64,000 nucleotides of DNA from Eledone cirrhosa (GCA_964016885.1 OZ024745.1:9858001-9922000), one strand, 5' to 3'. Positions 45,001 to 55,020 are shown, numbered from the stretch's first letter. A program made the numbers and translations. Notes: a model not told the origin generated them from the sequence alone.

Positions 45001-48000
45001 GTCACTTGACCAGTGTAATCCCAGTATATAACCAAGACAGTCTCACTTGACCTCTGTAATCCCAGTATATAACCAAGACAGTCTCACTTGACCTATGTAA
45101 TCCCAGTATATAACCAAGACATGGTCACTTAACCAGTGTAATCCCAGTATATAACCAAGACATGGTCACTTGACCTCTGTAATCCCACTATATAACCAAG
45201 ACATGGTCACTTGACCAGTGTAATCCCAGTATATAACCAAGACAGTCTCATTTGACCAGTGTAATCCCAGTATATAAGCAAGACATGGTCACTTGACCTC
45301 TGTAATCCCAGTATATATCCAAGACATGGTCACTTGACCAGTGTAATCCCAGTATAAAACCAAGACATGGTCACTTGACCAGTGTAATCCCAGTATATAA
45401 CCAAGACATGGTCACTTGACCTCTGTAATCCCAGTATATATCCAAGACATGGTCACTTGACCAGTGTAATCCCAGTATATAACCAAGACAGTCTCACTTG
45501 ACCTCTGTAATCCCAGTATATAACCAAGACATGGTCACTTGACCTCTGTAATCCCAGTATATATCCAAGACATGGTCACTTGACCTCTGTAATCCCAGTA
45601 TATAACCAAGACATGGTCACTTGACCAGTGTAATCCCAGTATATATCCAAGACATGGTCACTTGACCTCTGTAATCCCAGTATATATCCAAGACATGGTC
45701 ACTTGACCAGTGTAATCCCAGTATATATCCAAGACATGGTCACTTGACCAGTGTAATCCCAGTATATATCCAAGACAGTCTCACTTGACCTCTGTAATCC
45801 CAGTATATATCCAAGACATCGTCACTTGACCTCTGTAATCCCAGTATATAACCAAGACATGGTCACTTGACCAGCGTAATCCCAGTATATATCCAAGACA
45901 GTCTCACTTGACCTCTGTAATCCCAGTATATATCCAAGACATGGTCACTTGACCTCTGTAATCCCAGTATATAACCAAGACATGGTCACTTGACCTCTGT
46001 AATCCCAGTATATAACCAAGACAGTATCACTTGACCAGTGTAATCCCAGTATATAACCAAGACATGGTCACTTGACCAGTGTAATCCCAGTATATAACCA
46101 AGACATGGTCACTTGACCTCTGTAATCCCAGTATATAACCAAGACATGGTCACTTGACCAGTGTAATCCCAGTATATAACCAAGACATGGTCACTTGACC
46201 TCTGTAATCCCAGTATATAACCAAGACATGGTCACTTGACCTCTGTAATCCCAGTATATAACCAAGACAGTATCACTTGACCAGTGTAATCCCAGTATAT
46301 AACCAAGACATGGTCACTTGACCAGTGTAATCCCAGTATATAACCAAGACATGGTCACTTGACCTCTGTAATCCCAGTATATAACCAAGACAGTATCACT
46401 TGACCAGTGTAATCCCAGTATATAACCAAGACATGGTCACTTGACCAGTGTAATCCCAGTATATAACCAAGACATGGTCACTTGACCTCTGTAATCCCAG
46501 TATATAACCAAGACAGTATAACTTGACCAGTGTAATCCCAGTATATAACCAAGACATGGTCACTTGACCTCTGTAATCCCAGTATATAACCAAGACAGTA
46601 TCACTTGACCAGTGTAATCCCAGTATATAACCAAGACATGGTCACTTGACCAGTGTAATCCCAGTATATAACCAAGACATGGTCACTTGACCTCTGTAAT
46701 CCCAGTATATAACCAAGACAGTATCACTTGACCAGTGTAATCCCAGTATATAACCAAGACATGGTCACTTGACTTCTGTAATCCCAGTATATAACCAAGA
46801 CATGGTCACTTGACCTCTGTAATCCCAGTATATAACCAAGACATGGTCACTTGACTTCTGTAATCGCAGTATATATCCAAGACATGGTCACTTGACCAGT
46901 GTAATCCCAGTATATATCCAAGACATGGTCACTTGACCTCTGTAATCCCAGTATATAACCAAGACAGTATCACTTGACCAGTGTAATCCCAGTATATAAC
47001 CAAGACATGGTCACTTGACTTCTGTAATCCCAGTATATAACCAAGACATGGTCACTTGACTTCTGTAATCCCAGTATATAACCAAGACATGGTCACTTGA
47101 CCAGTGTAATCCCAGTATATAACCAAGACATGGTCACTTGACCAGTGTAATCCCAGTATATAACCAAGACATGGTCACTTGACCTCTGTAATCCCAGTAT
47201 ATAACCAAGACATGGTCACTTGACCTCTGTAATCCCAGTATATAACCAAGACATGGTCACTTGACTTCTGTAATCCCAGTATATAACCAAGACATGGTCA
47301 CTTGACCTCTGTAATCCCAGTATATAACCAAGACATGGTCACTTGACCAGTGTAATCCCAGTATATATCCAAGACATGGTCACTTGACCTCTGTAATCCC
47401 AGTATATAACGAAGACATGGTCACTTGACTTCTGTAATCCCAGTATATAACCAAGACAGTATCACTTGACCAGTGTAATCCCAGTATATAACCAAGACAT
47501 GGTCACTTGACTTCTGTAATCCCAGTATATAACCAAGACATGGTCACTTGACCTCTGTAATCCCAGTATATAACCAAGACATGGTCACTTGACTTCTGTA
47601 ATCCCAGTATATAACCAAGACATGGTCACTTGACCTCTGTAATCCCAGTATATAACCAAGACATGGTCACTTGACTTCTGTAATCCCAGTATATAACCAA
47701 GACATGGTCACTTGACCAGTGTAATCCCAGTATATATCCAAGACATGGTCACTTGACCAGTGTAATCCCAGTATATATCCAAGACATGGTCACTTGACCT
47801 CTGTAATCCCAGTATATAACCAAGACAGTATCACTTGACCAGTGTAATCCCAGTATATAACCAAGACATGGTCACTTGACTTCTGTAATCCCAGTATATA
47901 ACCAAGACATGGTCACTTGACCTCTGTAATCCCAGTATATAACCAAGACATGGTCACTTGACTTCTGTAATCCCAGTATATATCCAAGACATGGTCACTT

Positions 48001-51000
48001 GACCAGTGTAATCCCAGTATATAACCAAGACATGGTCACTTGACCTCTGTAATCCCAGTATATAACCAAGACATGGTCACTTGACCTCTGTAATCCCAGT
48101 ATATAACCAAGACAGTATCACTTGACCAGTGTAATCCCAGTATATAACCAAGACATGGTCACTTGACTTCTGTAATCCCAGTATATAACCAAGACATGGT
48201 CACTTGACCTCTGTAATCCCAGTATATAACGAAGACATGGTCACTTGACCAGTGTAATCCCAGTATATATCCAAGACATGGTCACTTGACCTCTGTAATC
48301 CCAGTATATAACAAAGACATGGTCACTTGACCAGTGTAATCCCAGTATATAACCATAACATGGTCACTTGACCAGTGTAATCCCAGTATATATCCAAGAC
48401 ATGGTCACTTGACCTCTGCAATCCCAGTATATAACCAAGACATGGTCACTTGACCAGTGTAATCCCAGTATATAACCAAGACATGGTCATTTGACCAGTG
48501 TAATCCCAGTATATAACCAAGACATGGTCACTTGACTTCTGTAATCCCAGTATATAACCAAGACATGGTCACTTGACCAGTGTAATCCCAGTATATAACG
48601 AAGACATGGTCACTTGACCAGTGTAATCCCAGTATATATCCAAGACATGGTCACTGACCTCTGTAATCCAAGTATATAACCAAGACATGGTCACTTCACC
48701 TCTGTAATCCCAGTATATATCCAAGACATGGTCACTTGACCAGTGTAATCCCAGTATATATCCAAGACATGGTCACTTGACCAGTGTAATCCCAGTATAT
48801 AACCAAGACATGGTCACTTGACCTCTGTAATCCCAGTATATATGCAAGACATGGTCACTTGACCAGTGTAATCTCAGTATATAACCAAGACAGTCTCACT
48901 TGACCAGTGTAATCCCAGTATATAACCAAGACATGGTCACTTGACCTCTGTAATCCCAGTATATATCCAAGACAGTCTCACTTGACCTATGTAATCCCAG
49001 TATATAACCAAGACATGGTCACTTGACTTCTGTCATCCCAGTATATATCCAAGACATGGTCACTTGACCTCTGTAATCCCAGTATATATCCAAGACAGTC
49101 TCACTTGACCTCTGTAATCCCAGTATATAACCAAGACATGGTCACTTGACCTCTGTAATCCCAGTATATAACCAAGACATGGTCACTTGACCTCTGTAAT
49201 CCCAGTATATAACCAAGACATGGTCACTTGACCTCTGTAATCCCAGTATATATCCAAGACATGGTCACTTGACCAGTGTAATCCCAGTATATATCCAAGA
49301 CAGTATCACTTGACCAGTGTAATCCCAGTATATAACCAAGACATGGTCACTTGACCAGTGTAATCCCAGTATATAACCAAGACATGGTCACTTGACCTCT
49401 GTAATCCCAGTATATAACCAAGACATGGTCACTTGACTTCTGTAATCCCAGTATATAACCAAGACATGGTCACTTGACTTCTGTAATCCCAGTATATAAC
49501 CAAGACATGGTCACTTGACTTCTGTAATCCCAGTATATAACTAAGACATGGTCACTTGACCTCTGTAATCCCAGTATATAACCAAGACATGGTCACTTGA
49601 CTTCTGTAATCCCAGTATATATCCAAGACATGGTCACTTGACCAGTGTAATCCCAGTATATAACCAAGACATGGTCACTTGACCTCTGTAATCCCAGTAT
49701 ATAACCAAGACATGGTCACTTGACCTCTGTAATCCCAGTATATAACCAAGACATGGTCACTTGACCAGTGTAATCCCAGTATATAACGAAGACATGGTCA
49801 CTTGACCAGTGTAATCCCAGTATATATCCAAGACATGGTCACTGACCTCTGTAATCCAAGTATATAACCAAGACATGGTCACTTCACCTCTGTAATCCCA
49901 GTATATATCCAAGACATGGTCACTTGACCAGTGTAATCCCAGTATATATCCAAGACATGGTCACTTGACCAGTGTAATCCCAGTATATAACCAAGACATG
50001 GTCACTTGACCTCTGTAATCCCAGTATATATGCAAGACATGGTCACTTGACCAGTGTAATCTCAGTATATAACCAAGACAGTCTCACTTGACCAGTGTAA
50101 TCCCAGTATATAACCAAGACATGGTCACTTGACCTCTGTAATCCCAGTATATATCCAAGACAGTCTCACTTGACCTATGTAATCCCAGTATATAACCAAG
50201 ACATGGTCACTTGACTTCTGTCATCCCAGTATATATCCAAGACATGGTCACTTGACCTCTGTAATCCCAGTATATATCCAAGACAGTCTCACTTGACCTC
50301 TGTAATCCCAGTATATAACCAAGACATGGTCACTTGACCTCTGTAATGCCAGTATATAACCAAGACATGGTCACTTGACCTCTGTAATCCCAGTATATAA
50401 CCAAGACATGGTCACTTGACCTCTGTAATCCCAGTATATATCCAAGACATGGTCACTTGACCAGTGTAATCCCAGTATATATCCAAGACAGTCTCACTTG
50501 ACCTATGTAATCCCAGTATATAACCAAGACATGGTCACTTGACCAGTGTAATCCCAGTATATAACCAAGACATGGTCACTTGACCTCTGTAATCCCAGTA
50601 TATATCCAAGACATGGTCACTTGACCTCTGTAATCCCAGTATATATCCAAGACAGTCTCACTTGACCAGTGTAATCCCAGTATATATCCAAGACAGTCTC
50701 ACTTGACCTCTGTAATCCCAGTATATATCCAAGACATGGTCACTTGACCTCTGTAATCCCAGTATATAACCAAGACATGGTCACTTGACCTCTGTAATCC
50801 CAGTATATATCCAAGACATGGTCACTTGACCTCTGTAATCCCAGTATATAACCAAGACATGGTCACTTGACCTCTGTAATCCCAGTATATAACCAAGACA
50901 TGGTCACTTGACCAGTGTAATCCCAGTATATAACCAAGACATGGTCACTTGACCTCTGTAATCCCAGTATATAACCAAGACATGGTCACTTGACCTCTGT

Positions 51001-51581
51001 AATCCCAGTATATATCCAAGACATGGTCACTTGACCAGTGTAATCCCAGTATATATCCAAGACATGGTCACTTGACCAGTGTAATCCCAGTATATATCCA
51101 AGACATGGTCACTTGACCAGTGTAATCCCAGTATATAACCAAGACATGGTCACTTGACCAGTGTAATCCCAGTATATAACCAAGACATGGTCACTTGACC
51201 AGTGTAATCCTAGTATATAACCAAGACATGGTCACTTGACCTCTGTAATCCCAGTATATATCCAAGACATGGTCACTTGACCAGTGTTATCCCAGTATAT
51301 ATCCAAGACAGTCTCACTTGACCTCTGTAATCCCAGTATATAACCAAGACATGGTCACTTGACCTCTGTAATCCCAGTATATAACCAAGACATGGTCACT
51401 TGACCAGTGTAATCCCAGTATATAACCATAACATGGTCACTTGACCAGTGTAATCCCAGTATATAACCAAGACATGTTCACTTGACCTCTGTAATCCCAG
51501 TATATAACCAAGACATGGTCACTTGACCTCTGTAATCCCAGTATATATCCAAGACATGGTCACTTGACCAGTGTAATCTCA
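1..51581. repeat. 41-bp tandem satellite array, ~1,260 monomers, consensus GACCTCTGTAATCCCAGTATATAACCAAGACATGGTCACTT; continues beyond the left edge
   Basis: Head-to-tail 41-mers in one orientation with no unique spacers or insertions seen. Common polymorphic sites are CCTC/CCAG/CTTC, TAAC/TATC and CATGG/CAGTC/CAGTA. Rare 40-, 39- and 30-bp deletion monomers occur. The array ends abruptly at ...GTGTAATCTCA (51581). Confidence 0.99.
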
Positions 51582-51598
51582 CAAGAAGGAACATAGAT

Positions 51599-51762
51599 GT
51601 TGGATGATGAGGATGGTGGTAGTGGTGATGATGGTAGTAGTGGTGATGATGGTGGTGGTGATGGTGAGGAGGGTGGTGGTAGTGGTGATGATGGTAGTAG
51701 TGGTGGTGGTGGTGGTAGTGGTGATGATGGTGGTGGTGATGGTGAGGAGTGTGGTGGTGGTG
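51599..51762. repeat. Compound (GGT/GAT/AGT)n trinucleotide low-complexity tract
   Basis: Runs of ggt, gat and agt. A ~60-bp block (ggtggtagtggtgatgatggtagtagtggt...gatggtgaggag) occurs twice, starting near 51615 and 51675. Confidence 0.95.
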
Positions 51763-51944
51763 TTTGGCACATAAGTGAACAAAACAAACTATTTACAAAA
51801 CTTATGATTAAAGAATGAAATATAAGTATGGATACATTAAAACATGTAGTTTTGTATGATAGAACCTCAGTGTGTGGTGGTGATGGTATATGAGGAATGA
51901 CAGGGTTATTCAGACTTGTACCCCCAACTTTTTTGTAGAAAGAC

Positions 51945-51975
51945 TACCGTATATACTTGAATATAAGTTGATCCC
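51945..51975 (+). mobile_element. Possible solo terminal remnant of a Tc1/mariner-pogo (Tigger-like) DNA transposon
   Basis: TA followed by CCGTATATACTTGAATATAAGTTGA resembles the TA|CCGTATATACTCGAGTATAAG-type terminus as I recall it. No partner TIR was found in the window. Confidence 0.35.
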
Positions 51976-52160
51976 AATACAAACCCCTCCCCCCTCCCCA
52001 TTTATAAGTGAAGGCAGCTAATCAACACGTTTAGATGGTGTGGTTTTGAAATTCTCAGGAATGAATATATTTATGAAGTTTTAATATTTTGATATTTAAA
52101 ATGTTTTGTGTTGCTTAGAGTAGTATAGTCTTTGTTTCACAACACCATTATGTAATGATT

Positions 52161-52247
52161 TATATATATGTATATATATATATATATATGCATATGTATG
52201 TACATATATGTACACATTTGTAAATGTGTATATACACACACACCCAC
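52161..52247. repeat. Imperfect (TA)n/(TG)n/(CA)n microsatellite
   Basis: tatatatatgtatatatatatatatatatgcatatgtatg...tatacacacacaccc. Confidence 0.9.
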
Positions 52248-52424
52248 AGTAAACAGCCCAATGTGTATATAATGGTGATGTATATAAAATCTTCAACAGG
52301 AGCTGATCAATGTTATATAAAAGTACAGACAACAGACTGTCCTCCTCCTCATCTTATGCAGGTCAGTCTTGTTTCTTTGCAGTTGTCGCTTAGTTAATAT
52401 TTTCTCAACACCACAACATTGCTA

Positions 52425-52593
52425 ATATCCCACTGGTATAACATCCTCTCATATCCCACTGGTATAACACCCTCTCTCTCATATCCCACTGGTATAACAC
52501 CCTCTCATATCCCACTGGTATAACACCCTCACATATCCCACTGGTTTAACACACCCTCTCTCTCTCTCACATCCCACAAGTATAACACTCTCT
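52425..52593. repeat. Six-copy minisatellite, core ATATCCCACTGGTATAACAC followed by a variable (CT)n tail
   Basis: Copies start at about 52425, 52451, 52481, 52507, 52533 and 52569. Unit length is 26-36 bp and depends on the (CT)n tail. Confidence 0.95.
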
Positions 52594-52839
52594 TTAAAAT
52601 GGTTTTTATTAGATATGTAGGCACCACTGAGCTTGTATAATCTGGAGGAATAACATGTGATATTTTGGTTTCATGTTGGAAGGTACAAATATAAAAACCC
52701 TGCTATTTTTTGTAAATTGTAAGGCTTTGTACCTAATCACAAAGAAACCCTGCAACTTCAGGGAATGGACAATAATTTATAGGTTAACCTGACATCAGAG
52801 ATCTGCTCTGTATTCTTGCAACAGTTTCAGCTCTCTTAA

Positions 52840-53035
52840 CACTTCAGCATTAAACTGACCAAATCTGGTGAGAATCCTCTTACCTGTCTCTTCAAACCGA
52901 CTGTAACTGGCTACTTATACTTATGTTAAGGTATTGTCAAAATAGATATCAAAATCTCGTAGATTTGATATGTGAAATAATTGTGAGATAAAGTGTTTAC
53001 CATGAAAATACAATAGTATATATAATGTAAATAAT
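52840..53035 (+). mobile_element. Decayed copy of the piggyBac-like MITE at 55789-56007; right end lost or interrupted by a SINE
   Basis: TTAA (52836-52839) followed by CACTTCAGCATTAAAC. It is colinear with the 55.8-kb copy (atgttaaggtatt, tatcaaaat, ttgatat, gaaaatacaat). Confidence 0.75.
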
Positions 53036-53170
53036 TGTTTCTACGTTAGGCACAAGGCCAGTGTATTACTGGTACTTTATTTTATCGACCCCGTAAGGAT
53101 GAAAGGCAAAGTTAACCTCGGCGGGATTTGAACTCAGAATGGCAAGGGCCGTAACTCTATGCGCCAAAGC
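53036..53170 (-). mobile_element. 5'-truncated tRNA-derived SINE (family A) with an 18-bp target-site duplication
   Basis: B-box GAGTTCAAATCC on the minus strand (53124-53135). 76 of 81 bases match the inverted copy at 53917-53997. ATATATAATGTAAATAAT flanks both sides (53018-53035 and 53171-53188). Confidence 0.9.
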
Positions 53171-53271
53171 ATATATAATGTAAATAATACACCCAAGAAA
53201 TAGATGGTGGTGTTAAACTGGACAGTAATTAAGACTAGGGAGAGTCCACCAGATGGTGGTGTGTGTGAGTG

Positions 53272-53430
53272 GGTAGGCAGAATTGTTAGTGTCAGATAAA
53301 ATGCTTTGCGGCATTTAGTTACAGCCTTTTAATGTTCTGAGTTCAAATCCTTTCAAAATTAACTTCTGGGGTTGATATAACGGACGTTGCCTACCCTCCA
53401 AAGTTATTGGTCTTGTGCCAAAGTTATATA
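53272..53430 (+). mobile_element. Degenerate SINE family A copy with an internal deletion
   Basis: A-box-like ggcagaattgttag, B-box GAGTTCAAATCC (53339-53350), and 3' motif ggtcttgtgccaaa shared with other copies. Confidence 0.7.
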
Positions 53431-53780
53431 AATGAAGACAATGTTAGAATCTATAGAGGTATAAACAAAACACATTCAAGTATTTACTTACATCTCATTA
53501 CTTTCCTTCTCATCCCTCCATGGTCAATAACAGTGGTGCCCAAATATTTATCCTGCTGCCGACCCCTAAATATTACTGAGAGATTTATATAGAAAAACTA
53601 TATATGTACACATGAAAAAAAAAAAACCTATAACATTTCATAAAAATACAATATCAAAATAGAGGCTTTAGAATGACTTGAAAAACTTAATTATTTACTA
53701 ATAAAACATGAAGAGACCTTTTTTTCACAAACCCCACAAAATATTTTAGTGAACCTTTTGTTAGGAGACCATAGATTGGA

Positions 53781-53850
53781 CCAATAAAGTACCAGTCAAA
53801 AAATGAGGTCAGTTTAATCAACTAAAATCTTACCCCAAGTTTCTGCTTTC
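53781..53850 (+). mobile_element. SINE family A 3' fragment
   Basis: aataaagtaccagt...tgaggtcagtttaatc matches 53975-54011. Confidence 0.6.
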
Positions 53851-53869
53851 ACATCTGATATCAGCGTTG

Positions 53870-54066
53870 CATTGGCAGCACTATCGGTAGTCAAACATGA
53901 GTTATGGCCCTTTATATTCTGAGTTCAAATCCTGCCAAGGTTAACTTTGCCTTTCACCCTTACAGGGTCGATAAAATAAAGTACCAGTAATGCACTGAGG
54001 TCAATTTAATCTACTTTCCCCTCTTTCAAAAATTCTTAGCCTGGTGCCTAAATCAGAAACCGTTAA
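53870..54066 (+). mobile_element. Near full-length tRNA-derived SINE (family A)
   Basis: B-box at 53921-53932 and body aaggttaactttgcctttcacccttacagggtcgataaaataaagtaccagt. It is homologous to several other copies in the window. Confidence 0.85.
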
Positions 54067-54139
54067 TATGGTTGATTTTAGTAAATCTTGACAGATGTTA
54101 AATGATCAGCTAGAGAGCAGTCAACAAGTTGACAAAGGT

Positions 54140-54305
54140 CCTATCCTTGCTGTACCAAGAAATGCTGTCTTCTGCAGGACCGTGTACCAATTTTGATTCT
54201 ATTTACACATTCCTCAAAATTGTCCGATATGTATCCCAATGGTCTTCCTTCAGTGACTCATACTTCTGTCTTTATCTCCTGGGACAGATAAATCGATAAT
54301 TTCAG
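54140..54305 (-). mobile_element. Decayed 3' end of a non-LTR retrotransposon ORF with a restriction-like endonuclease (RLE) domain (R4/Dong-, NeSL- or CRE-like)
   Basis: Minus-strand translation across frameshifts gives IIDLSVPGDK / PLGYISDNFEECVNRIKIG / VLQKTAFLGTARI. These match the RLE C-terminal pattern I recall (IID..VP.D ... GALG ... LQK..LLGTARI). A stop and frameshifts are present. Confidence 0.75.
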
Positions 54306-54807
54306 TCTCTTAATACTAATATATCAGAAATAAATAAAGAAACCCAAATATTTCATTTGATAAATGTTGATATGATTTTATTGTGATAAATTGTACATTT
54401 ATATGAGGAGTGAATACAATAATTGACAAAATGTCCAAAAATGCTGGGTTGAATAACACAACACCAAGCTTTCAAATATTATTTACACATTTATATGGGA
54501 GGTGGGGGAGACCAAGAAACTTTGCCACTGCAAAAATCAATGAAACACAGAACAAATATGCCACTTCTTGTTTTCTTTTTGTAAAAAAAAAAGATTTTAA
54601 ATTATATTTATTATAGAAGGTCTTTTAACAGCATACCATGTTAACTCTGAAGTATAAAGACATATAAGACGAGTAGAAAGATGTACAAGTTTAACTTTAT
54701 AGCAGTGGCAAAGATGTCTTCCTTCCCCAATGTGACATCTAATATTTTCTCTTCAGTTTTCATTGCTATATAATTTAGCTGAACTTTATTTACAATCACT
54801 ATTTTAA

Positions 54808-54996
54808 CCCTTTTATTATTGTATTTCTCATGAAATACATTCTATTTCAATTAATGAACACATTCAAGGGATTTACTAAAGTTATTTCTTTATTACAATA
54901 AGTTATACTGGAAGATTTTAATTTAGATAAGAACCTTTTAAGACGAGTAGTTCTATAGGACCAGTGGTAGGTCTGGGTGGGTTCCTATCAAAAGGG
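54808..54996. mobile_element. Degenerate TTAA-type (piggyBac-like) MITE of a second subfamily
   Basis: TTAA|CCCTTTT at 54804-54814 and AAAAGGG|TTTC at 54990-55000, enclosing ~190 bp of AT-rich sequence. The right TSD is mutated. Confidence 0.55.
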
Positions 54997-55020
54997 TTTC
55001 TTGCTTTTTTTTCCTCATTT

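Noticed and set aside
3641-46593. About 30 near-identical 64-106 aa minus-strand ORFs (VIYWDYRGQVTMSW...)
   Set aside because: They are satellite translation artefacts. The 41-mer cycles through all three frames every 123 bp, and an ORF appears only where a variant (TGGCCAC, TATAAC, TCTAAC or an indel) removes or skips the single TGA.
1-51581. The minus-strand consensus has only one stop triplet (TGA) per monomer, so it would read largely open under a TGA=Trp or readthrough code
   Set aside because: The monomer is not a multiple of 3. Deletions of 1, 2 and 11 bp and variants creating TAA/TAG occur freely. The context is nuclear eukaryotic DNA with no sign of codon-level constraint.
1-51581. 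CRISPR-like array (41-bp and 28-bp units, partly palindromic)
   Set aside because: There are no unique spacers, the units are directly adjacent, and no cas genes are present.
1-51581. TATATAA plus Inr-like GTCACT in each monomer as tandem core promoters
   Set aside because: TATA-to-Inr spacing is ~20 bp rather than ~30, and the TATA position is freely polymorphic.
51560-51818. Gly/Asp/Ser-, Pro/Ser- and Thr-rich ORFs
   Set aside because: They are open on both strands simply because the GGT/GAT tract lacks stops. There is no splice or homology support.
53870-53940. tRNA genes suggested by GTTCAAATCC B-boxes
   Set aside because: No cloverleaf forms. Each B-box is followed by the shared SINE body.
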